Source of the DNA: Xanthobacteraceae bacterium
GTDB lineage: Bacteria; Pseudomonadota; Alphaproteobacteria; Rhizobiales; Xanthobacteraceae
Length of the DNA stretch: 64,000 bases
Assembly (NCBI GenBank): GCA_035515455.1
Contig: DATJBH010000031.1
Span: 10,172 to 74,171, forward strand
Direction: 5' to 3'
Positions 50,019 to 57,428 of this stretch are shown piece after piece. The position numbers were made by a program, and so were the translations under genes. The notes beneath the pieces were generated by a model that saw nothing but the letters and a program-made list of their open reading frames with translations, had not been told where the DNA came from and did not search any database. How positions within the stretch are numbered: position 1 is the first letter of the stretch; every line of letters begins with the position of its first letter.

Positions 50019-50881
50019 TGGCGGCAGATCGTACAAAAGTATCTTTCGCCGCCGCGGAAGGAAGACCAAAATTTCCCGGAATTCTAGAATGGGGGCAACT
50101 CGATCAGCGCCTTCGGGCCGCCATATGGAATCGGTTTTGGTTTGTGCTAGATGAACATCTTGAGGAGCCGGATGATGGGTTTGATGCCGAGTACATAAGT
50201 CCTATCAAACAGATTCTGCTACGAGAGTTTGTGAATCGCAGACACCAATTTGCGAACGAGTTTAAATCGGCGTTTCACTCAAAAGAAGAGTGCTTTAGAG
50301 AGTGGACCAAGTTCTTTCGAGATGCCGACTACATAGAATTATTTGATTTCGTCACTTTCTTTTTGCGAGATCGCGATTGCCCGGTAGACTTCGCGGCGCA
50401 TATTCGATCTGCGCTTGAGGAACCATGGTGCCCATACCGGTTGCTCGAAAAGCCTCCAACGATAATTCCTGCTGTGCTACCCGAGCAGGCTAAGACAATT
50501 AAGGGCGACGTAACGCAAGTATTCAGTTAAAGATTTGAAGGAGCTCGAGCGCATCTACAGGCAGGGTTGGACGCCTTGACTAAGGGGGACTATCGCGCGG
50601 TGGTGCGCGAATCGATAAGTGCCGTAGAAAGCTCCGTTCGTGATTTTACGGGAGATAATAAGGCGGTACTTTCGACGGCGCTCAAGAAGCTAGGCAAGGA
50701 AACAGGAATCCATCCAGCATTGCTGAATGCCTTCGACAAGCTTTATGCGTATACAAGCGACGAACATGGCGTGCGGCATGCTCTGGTTTTTGGACAAAAT
50801 GATAATGTTGGCTTGGACGAGGCAATGTTTTTCGTCTCGTCATGCAGTGCATTTATTGCCTTCCTGTCTCGGAAGGTTTGA
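50015..50881 (+). pseudogene. AbiJ-like protein (AbiJ N-terminal domain + HEPN-type C-terminal domain) split by in-frame TAA
   Basis: ORFs 50015..50530 and 50567..50881 share one frame, separated by TAA at 50528-50530. The N-part (FAAAEGRPKFPGILEWGQLDQRLRAAIWNRFWFVL) resembles AbiJ-NTD4. The read-through FEGARAHLQAGLDALTKGDYRAVVRESISAVESSVRDF...LYAYTSDEHGVRHA...LDEAMFFVSSCSAFIAFL resembles the AbiJ HEPN domain, and its first helix precedes the second ORF's TTG start. Sampled G+C is about 45%. Confidence 0.55.
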
Positions 50882-50974
50882 TGAGCGAGTGACCTCGACC
50901 GTCTTGACGTCGTTCCGCTCAATTTACGCTGCCGTGGCTGGCCATGGCTTTATCCATTTCCTAGGTTAGTCGGC

Positions 50975-51400
50975 ATGTCGCGTCGTGCCGGATATCTATT
51001 CTTCCTGGGAATGACATGGCTCGCGTCCTGCGTCTGTGCCAAAACCGACTCAGTCTGTTCCATCCGCGCCCGCGACCCAATCGCTCCCGCTGGGTGCGCC
51101 GGCCAGACAAAAACTTACGGTGCCCGTCGCCGCACCCACTGCTAAGTCGGCGACCCAACCCGCCGCAGCGAACAATCCCCCTCCGACGACATCTGCCACG
51201 CGCTGGTACAGGACGCGGCGAAGAACCAGTTAGCGGTCGAGTTCTTCGCCCGCGTCATCTGGCAGGAGGGCAGGTTCAACGCGCAAGCGGTGAGCCGCAA
51301 AGGCAGCCTGACCGATGCCCAGCGGATCGTTATTGAGGAGGTTAGATCTTGGGCAAAGAGCTTGAATAAACCAGTAGATTTGATCATTACGGAACTCTAG
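50975..51400 (+). pseudogene. lytic transglycosylase 5' fragment (diverged copy of 52833.. gene) fused to a low-GC 3' tail
   Basis: Signal-like MSRRAGYLFFLGMTWLASCVCA (frame 2), a Pro/Ala-rich linker readable only in frame 0, then SDDICHALVQDAAKNQLAVEFFARVIWQEGRFNAQAVSRKG (frame 2). The last block parallels ADDICHALEQDAAENQLPVEFFARVIWQESRFNAQAVSRKG of the intact gene. Homology stops at about 51304 and the frame continues into AT-rich SLTDAQRIVIEEVRSWAKSLNKPVDLIITEL*. Confidence 0.6.
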
Positions 51401-51408
51401 GCCAGCCA

Positions 51409-51837
51409 ATGCTGTACAATTGTTATCTAAGGAAAGGTGTCGTCTACGTGCCTACCATCGGCAAGCGGGGCGGAGCCTATAGTGACATCGAACCCGTTGA
51501 AGTGGTTCCAGTTGCTGACCCAGAAGGTCTGCGTCGTGCCTTTCTCAATGTTATAGCGAGGAAGAACGCGGTGATCCCCCTGGTCAAGGGTAAATGGCCT
51601 CCCTGGGTGGTTCAAAAATATGTCGGCGTAAAGTCTTGGTCTGCCTTTGCCAGCAGCGCATCGTCTTGGAATATTGTCGAGAACAAAGGGATTTACAAAA
51701 TCATCGGCGATCGAATGCACCCAGATGGGTATTGGGTCGAAGATAAGGATCAAACAATTGAGTTTCCTCCTGGGACAACGGTTGATACGGTCATCGACCG
51801 CGTGATCACGATCCTGCAGGCCGCGGCGGCGAAGTAA
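51409..51837 (+). CDS. hypothetical protein, possibly CdiI/DUF1436-like immunity protein
   Basis: 142-aa ORF starting 9 nt after the preceding stop, in a low-GC segment. The pattern GGAYSDIEPVEVVPVADPEGLRRAF...VGVKSWSAFASSASSWNIVENKGIYKI...GYW...IEFPPGTTVDTVIDRVITIL is reminiscent of DUF1436-type immunity proteins. That assignment is from memory only. Confidence 0.5.
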   Translation: MLYNCYLRKGVVYVPTIGKRGGAYSDIEPVEVVPVADPEGLRRAFLNVIARKNAVIPLVKGKWPPWVVQKYVGVKSWSAFASSASSWNIVENKGIYKIIGDRMHPDGYWVEDKDQTIEFPPGTTVDTVIDRVITILQAAAAK

Positions 51838-51915
51838 TTCAGGCGCCCGTTCGATGCTATCGAAGCGCTGCAAGGAGGGGATTAGTAGGTGATGCCCTGT
51901 CGCGCTCGATTTCGG

Positions 51916-52662
51916 TCAGGAGCCCGGTAACGCCTGCTTCGCCTTTATCGCCGCCGCGAGCGTCTCGAACGTGCCGGGAAAATACGACACGTTCTGAAAC
52001 GGCGTTTGTCCGATGGCGTCGGCGAGTTTGCGCGCCTGGGCGCCGTCGCGGCCGAACAGAATAACGCGGGTGTTGAAGTCGTTGCGCGGCAGCGGCGCCT
52101 TGGCGAGGCCGTGGTCGCCGAGCGTGTCGGCTGGCACGTTATGCGCGCCGGCGATGCTGCTTTTGGCGAAGTCCTCCGAACTGCGGGCGTCGAAGAAGAT
52201 GGCGGTGCGGTCGATCTGATAGACGCGCAGGATGCCGTCGAGATCGATCTCGACCGGCCCGCCGAGCGCGCGCCAGACCGCAATGCCGAGCTGATAGCGC
52301 CGCACATCGCGAAAGCCGGCCTCGGCCAATTGCTCGGCGAGGCCCCGGCCTTGCTTGCAATGTTCGCCGTTGCAATAGACCACGAGCGGCCTGGCCTTGT
52401 CGCCGCCGACGAGCCGCTCGACGGCGGCGATGAATTCCTCCGCCGGCGCGCCCGGAGGCGGTGTCGCGCTGCGCGCGCCGGCGATGTGGCCGGCGGCGTA
52501 TTCGGCGCGTTTTCGCGAATCGAGCAGGATGGCGCAGCCGTCGGCGAGAATGCGCCGCACGTCCTCGGTGCTCACCTCGGGCGTCTTCTGATTCTGCTCG
52601 TTGAACGTCGCCTGCCGGATGTCGCCGCCGGGAACGGCCACGTCGACCCTCGGTACGTTCAT
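51916..52662 (-). CDS. tandem rhodanese-domain sulfurtransferase-like protein
   Basis: Two rhodanese-like halves (ILLDSRKRAEYAAGHIAGA...VVYCNGEHC and IFFDARSSEDFAKSSIAGAHNVP). Start 52662 (alternative 52740). Confidence 0.8.
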   Translation of the reverse strand: MNVPRVDVAVPGGDIRQATFNEQNQKTPEVSTEDVRRILADGCAILLDSRKRAEYAAGHIAGARSATPPPGAPAEEFIAAVERLVGGDKARPLVVYCNGEHCKQGRGLAEQLAEAGFRDVRRYQLGIAVWRALGGPVEIDLDGILRVYQIDRTAIFFDARSSEDFAKSSIAGAHNVPADTLGDHGLAKAPLPRNDFNTRVILFGRDGAQARKLADAIGQTPFQNVSYFPGTFETLAAAIKAKQALPGS

Positions 52663-52832
52663 GATCGTCACCGCGGCGCAGCCGCGCCTCCCGCTTCCGC
52701 GCACAGCTGCCGCAGCGCGCCCGCTTGAAAAGCCGAACAAGGTTATCGCGATTTGAACCGCGGACCAACCGCGCCGGCGGAACGCAGGGGTGGACCGCGC
52801 GTTGGCGCTCTGACTTTGCTAAATTTCGTCCG

Positions 52833-53744
52833 ATGCGTTCGACGCCACAACGCCTTGCCGCTGCCTGTGCGGCGCTGTTCTGCGCCGTGGCGCCGGCGTG
52901 GGCGCAGCCCAATGCGGTGCCCCGCGCCCAAACCGTTACGCCCGCACCGCCGAAATCTGCGGCCTCCCCAGCGCCCACCGCCGACGACATCTGCCATGCG
53001 CTGGAGCAGGACGCGGCGGAGAACCAGTTGCCGGTCGAGTTCTTCGCCCGCGTGATCTGGCAGGAAAGTCGGTTCAACGCGCAAGCCGTCAGCAGAAAAG
53101 GCGCCGAGGGTATCGCGCAATTCATGCCGGCGACGGCGGATTATCGCGGGCTCGTCGATCCGTTCGATCCGCTCGAGGCTTTGAAGAATTCGGCGAGCTA
53201 TCTGCACGATCTGCAGCAGAAATTCGGCAATCTCGGCCTTGCCGCCGCGGCCTATAATGCCGGGCCGGGCCGCGTGTCCGCCTATCTCGACAATCATCGA
53301 CCCCTGCCCGGCGAGACGCGCAATTATGTCGCCATCATCACCGGCTGGACGGTGGACGAATGGGCTTCCGCCACGCCGCCGAAAACCGCGGAGACCACGA
53401 TCCCGCAGGGCGTGCCGTGCACGCGGCTCGCCAATCTGATCCTGGCGCCGAAAGAAGAAGCCCGCCGCATCGCGGCCTACGTGCCGCGCTGGGGCGCGCA
53501 GCTCACCGCCAATTGGTCGGAGAGTAGGGCCTGGGCGATCTATCGGATGATCGCGAAAAAATACGCCGGCCTGATCGGCGACCGCGAGCCGATCGTGGTC
53601 AGGAGCCGCGGCATCGGGCTCGGCGCGGCAATGCGCTACAACATCCGCATCGCCGACGACAACCGCCGCTATCTGGAGAATTTCTGCAACAAGCTGATCG
53701 GCGCGGGCGGCGCCTGCGTGGTCTTAAGGAACGATCGGGGGTGA
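52833..53744 (+). CDS. lytic transglycosylase domain protein (SLT catalytic domain + C-terminal domain)
   Basis: ATG at 52833. Signal peptide MRSTPQRLAAACAALFCAVAPAWA. SLT motifs IWQESRFN, GAEGIAQFMPATA, AAYNAGPGRV. Confidence 0.85.
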   Translation: MRSTPQRLAAACAALFCAVAPAWAQPNAVPRAQTVTPAPPKSAASPAPTADDICHALEQDAAENQLPVEFFARVIWQESRFNAQAVSRKGAEGIAQFMPATADYRGLVDPFDPLEALKNSASYLHDLQQKFGNLGLAAAAYNAGPGRVSAYLDNHRPLPGETRNYVAIITGWTVDEWASATPPKTAETTIPQGVPCTRLANLILAPKEEARRIAAYVPRWGAQLTANWSESRAWAIYRMIAKKYAGLIGDREPIVVRSRGIGLGAAMRYNIRIADDNRRYLENFCNKLIGAGGACVVLRNDRG

Positions 53745-53750
53745 AGCTTT

Positions 53751-53883
53751 CCGCCCCCGCATGACATGCGGGGAGGGGGACCACGCGTAGCGTGGTGGAG
53801 GGGGGCTGGCTTCCTCGGAGCAAGCCGACACTTGCCCCTACCGGCGAGCTTCGCTCGCCACCTCCCCCGCGCGCGGGGGAGGA
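53751..53883. repeat. REP-like composite, family D
   Basis: ccgcccccgcatgacatgcggggagggggaccacgcgtagcgtggtggagggggg ... cacctcccccgcgcgcgggggagg. Confidence 0.75.
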
Positions 53884-53889
53884 AAATAA

Positions 53890-54582
53890 TTACTCCCCCT
53901 TGCCGCCGAGCTGCTTGAGCTTGGCGAACACGGCGTTGACTTCGAGCTCGTCGGCCTTCTTCGTCTCCGCCGGCGTCGGCTCCGGCTCTTCCTTCGGCGC
54001 GGTGGTGACGGCAGCCGGCAGCAACGTCGCGCCCTGTTCCTCGACCGGGACCGGTTTTTCCTTGGCCGCCCGCTGCACTTCGAGATCGAGATCGATCTGC
54101 GAGCACAGCCCCAGCGTCACCGGGTCGAGCGGGGTGAGGTTGGCGGAGTTCCAGTGAGTGCGGTCGCGGATCGCGGCGATGGTCGATTTGGTGGTGCCGA
54201 CCAGCCGCATGATCTGGCTGTCTTTAAGTTCGGGATGATTGCGCACGAGCCAGAGGATGGCGTTGGGGCGGTCCTGCCGGCGCGACACCGGCGTGTAGCG
54301 CGGGCCTTTCTTCGGCTTGGCTTCGGGCAGCCGGGTTTTCGGCTCGGCGATGTGCAGCCGGTAGTTCGGATCGGCTTCGGCGACTTTGATCTCCTCACGG
54401 GTCAATTGACCGGTGAGGATCGGATCAAGCCCCTTGATGCCCTGCGCCGCATCGCCATCGGCGATTGCCTTCACCTCCAGGGGATGCAGGTTGCAAAGCT
54501 GCGCGATCTGGTCGAACGACAGCGACGTATTGTCGACCAGCCACACGGCCGTCGCTTTGGGCATCAGCGGCGCGATCGCCAT
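53890..54582 (-). CDS. DUF1013 domain protein (TrcR-type cell-cycle regulator family)
   Basis: MAIAPLMPKATAVWLVDNTSLSFDQIAQLCNLHPLEVKAIADGD and LVGTTKSTIAAIRDRTHWN are hallmark DUF1013 duplicated HTH-like blocks. Confidence 0.85.
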   Translation of the reverse strand: MAIAPLMPKATAVWLVDNTSLSFDQIAQLCNLHPLEVKAIADGDAAQGIKGLDPILTGQLTREEIKVAEADPNYRLHIAEPKTRLPEAKPKKGPRYTPVSRRQDRPNAILWLVRNHPELKDSQIMRLVGTTKSTIAAIRDRTHWNSANLTPLDPVTLGLCSQIDLDLEVQRAAKEKPVPVEEQGATLLPAAVTTAPKEEPEPTPAETKKADELEVNAVFAKLKQLGGKGE

Positions 54583-54777
54583 AAGTAAATCTCCTCTGTG
54601 CTCCGCCCGCCCGTCCGGGCGAAGCCACTCAACGTCATCGAAGATGACTGGAAAGCAGGCGGAATATAAGCGCGGCCCTGCTTCCGTGCAACCGGCCGAA
54701 AACGGGTCCGGACCTTGGCCGCTTCACAAATATGACGGTAAAATCGGAACAAAACGGCCGATCGAGAGACGCTCCCC

Positions 54778-55665
54778 ATGTCGCAAGGCGAGATCGACCA
54801 GGTCCGGGCACTCCTTTCGGCCAAGCCGCGCCCGGTCGGCTGGACCGAGCGGCGGGCACGGATCGAGGAGGTCGGCGCGGTTTGGCCGGTCGCCGCCGAT
54901 GTCAACCTCACGCCGGTCGACGCCGATGGCGTGCCCGCGGAATGGTCGATCGTGCCGGGCAGCGATCCGTCACGGGTTCTCATCTACCTCCACGGCGGCG
55001 GCTATTGCTCGGGCTCGATCGTCAGCCATCGCCGCCTGGTGACCGAAGCTGGCCGCGCCGCCGCGATCCGCACCTTTGCGGTCGCTTACCGGCTGGCGCC
55101 GGAACATCCCTTTCCCGCCGCGCTCGACGATGCGTTGACCGCCTGGCGCTTTCTGCGCCGCCAAGGCATTGCCGCGCGTCACATCGCGGTCGGCGGCGAC
55201 AGTGCCGGCGGCGGCTTGACCGTGGCGCTGATCAATCGGCTGCGCGCGATGAAGGATGAAGCGGCCGGCTGCGCCTGGTTGATCTCGCCGTGGACCGATC
55301 TCACCATGTCCGGCGCCACATTAACGACCAAGGATGCGATCGACCCGCTCATCCATAGGCCCTATCTCGAGGAACTTGCCTCCGCCTATGTACCGCAGGG
55401 CATGAGCCGCAAAGACCCGCGCATCTCGCCGCTGTTTGCGGATCTCGCCGGATTTCCGCCGACGCTGATCCAGATCGGATCGGATGAAACGCTGCTGGCG
55501 GACGCGGTGCGCTTCGCCGAAGCGGCTGGCGCCGCTGAAGTTGCGGTGACACTCGAAGTCTGGCCGCACATGATTCACGCCTGGCCGATGTGGAACGCGC
55601 GTCTCGAAGACGGTCGTCGTGCGCTGGCGCATGCCGGCGCCTTCATGCGTGAACATCTGAAGTGA
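54778..55665 (+). CDS. alpha/beta hydrolase (HSL-type esterase/lipase)
   Basis: YLHGGGYCSG (HGGG box) and GGDSAGGGL (GDSAG nucleophile elbow). Confidence 0.85.
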   Translation: MSQGEIDQVRALLSAKPRPVGWTERRARIEEVGAVWPVAADVNLTPVDADGVPAEWSIVPGSDPSRVLIYLHGGGYCSGSIVSHRRLVTEAGRAAAIRTFAVAYRLAPEHPFPAALDDALTAWRFLRRQGIAARHIAVGGDSAGGGLTVALINRLRAMKDEAAGCAWLISPWTDLTMSGATLTTKDAIDPLIHRPYLEELASAYVPQGMSRKDPRISPLFADLAGFPPTLIQIGSDETLLADAVRFAEAAGAAEVAVTLEVWPHMIHAWPMWNARLEDGRRALAHAGAFMREHLK

Positions 55666-55719
55666 TCCATTACCGATCGGTCCACTATCGGATGAGGCAG
55701 ACAGGCTTGGGGAGAAACG

Positions 55720-56565
55720 ATGAGCCAACAACTCGACGGCAAAGTCGCGATCGTCACCGGCGCGGGGCGTGGCCTCGGCCGGGTGATGACACTCGGCTTG
55801 CTCGATGCCGGCGCCAGCGTCGCCGCCGTCGAGCTCGACGGGCCGGCGCTGGAGGAAACCCAGGACGCCGCCGAGGATCGCGGCGCCGGGGAGCGCTTCA
55901 ACGGCATCGTTGCCGACGTCACCTGGAATGACAGCGGCCCGAAAATCCTGCGCGCCACGACCGAGCGATTCGGCCGGGTCGATATCCTCGTCAATAATGC
56001 CGGGACCAATATCAGTATCCTTCGTCGCGAAGGGCAGCCGCGCGGCAAGCTTTGGGAGGTGACGCCGGAAGAGTTCCGGCGCATCGTCGACGTCAATGTC
56101 GTCGGCACCTTCCTGATGACGCGAGCGATCATACCGGCACTGCTCGCGCAGCATTGGGGCCGCGTCATCAACATAACCACGAGCCTTGACGTGATGTGGC
56201 GCGGCATGATGCAGCCTTACGGCGCCTCCAAGGCGGCCAAAGAAGCCATGCTTGCGGCCTTGGCGCAGGAGCTCGAGGGCAGCGGCGTCACCGCGAATGT
56301 GCTGGTGCCGGGCGGGGCCGCCGACACCCGCATGGTGCCGCGCGCCGCGGTGCCCGATCGTTCGACGCTGATCTCTCCCGATGTGATGGTCGCGCCGCTC
56401 GTCTGGCTGTGCTCGAACGCGGCCGATGGCGTCAATGGGCAGCGCTTCATCGCCGCGAAGTGGGATAAGAAAGCGCCGCCCGAACAAGCGGCCAAAAACG
56501 CCGCGGCGCCGGCCGCTTGGCAGCAACTCGGTATTCAGGCGATCAATCCGAAAGAGCTGCGCTGA
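55720..56565 (+). CDS. SDR family oxidoreductase
   Basis: KVAIVTGAGRGLGRVM, NNAG, YGASKAA (YxxxK). Confidence 0.9.
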   Translation: MSQQLDGKVAIVTGAGRGLGRVMTLGLLDAGASVAAVELDGPALEETQDAAEDRGAGERFNGIVADVTWNDSGPKILRATTERFGRVDILVNNAGTNISILRREGQPRGKLWEVTPEEFRRIVDVNVVGTFLMTRAIIPALLAQHWGRVINITTSLDVMWRGMMQPYGASKAAKEAMLAALAQELEGSGVTANVLVPGGAADTRMVPRAAVPDRSTLISPDVMVAPLVWLCSNAADGVNGQRFIAAKWDKKAPPEQAAKNAAAPAAWQQLGIQAINPKELR

Positions 56566-56608
56566 AGCATGCGCCTCACACCACTGGAGAGAGGCGAACG
56601 CACTTCAT

Positions 56609-57400
56609 TTAATCCGCCACTCGCCCCTTCACCGCATTGGCAAAAGCTTCGTAAGAGATGCTGCCGTCGGCGGCGATCGGCAATTGCTCGCGCAACCGAG
56701 CCTTCACTTGCTCACGCGTCGCCGGCGACATTTCCGCCACCGCCTTGCCGGCCGGCCCGACCGGCACGGTGCTCGACGCCCAGAAGTCGTCGAAGTCGGC
56801 ATAGGCGACGCGGATGCGGATGACCGTGGTGTCGATCGACTGCAATCCCGCGCCTCGCCAAAACGCCTGCAGGTTGTCGCGGCGCGCTGCCTCGGTGTTC
56901 GGCCGCGCCGGTTCTTCGAGTCCCAAGGACTTCATGGCTTCGCCGAGCGGGCGGATCGGAAAGCCGCCGCCCGGTATGTCCCACATATAGGTCGCGACGA
57001 TGCCGCCCGGCTTGACGACGCGCGCCATTTCGCGCGCGGCTTTTGCCGGGTCGCTCAGGAAAGTGATAACGAGCGCCATCGATGCCGCGTCGAAACTGTC
57101 GTCGGCAAACGGCAGGGCTTGCGCATCGCCGACGCGAAATTGCGCAAGCTTCGCTCCCGCCCGCGTGCGCGCGTAATCGATCTGGCCGTCCGACGGATCG
57201 ATGCCGGTCACCGCGGCAGGCGCCGCGCGCGCGATCAGCACTTCGGTGAAGGCGCCGTTGCCGCAGCCGACGTCAATCCAATGCCGATGTTTGGGCGGAT
57301 CGACCCAATCGAGGAATTTGGCGCCGGCGATTTGGCTCCAGCGGCCCATCAGTCGCTCATAGGCCTTGCCGTCGGTGAAGAGGTTGGTCAGTGCGTTCAT
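56609..57400 (-). CDS. class I SAM-dependent methyltransferase
   Basis: ATG at 57400. AYERLMGRWS...WIDVGCGNGAFTE (motif I) and IVATYMWD. Confidence 0.85.
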   Translation of the reverse strand: MNALTNLFTDGKAYERLMGRWSQIAGAKFLDWVDPPKHRHWIDVGCGNGAFTEVLIARAAPAAVTGIDPSDGQIDYARTRAGAKLAQFRVGDAQALPFADDSFDAASMALVITFLSDPAKAAREMARVVKPGGIVATYMWDIPGGGFPIRPLGEAMKSLGLEEPARPNTEAARRDNLQAFWRGAGLQSIDTTVIRIRVAYADFDDFWASSTVPVGPAGKAVAEMSPATREQVKARLREQLPIAADGSISYEAFANAVKGRVAD

Positions 57401-57428
57401 TGGCAAAATCCGTCGATGCAGCGGGACA

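Noticed and set aside
47967-50069. 700-aa ORF antisense to prpE, and similar long shadow ORFs (15938..17641, 10047..11510, 11609..12883, 57366..59357, 55321..56526)
   Set aside because: All lie opposite genes with canonical motifs. Their compositions are Arg/Gly/Asp/His-rich, and they have no start context or family resemblance. They are GC-driven artefacts.
52139-53125. 328-aa minus-strand ORF spanning the rhodanese/SLT divergent region
   Set aside because: It is out of frame with the rhodanese gene and antisense to SLT. The composition is Arg/Ala-rich and no motifs are present.
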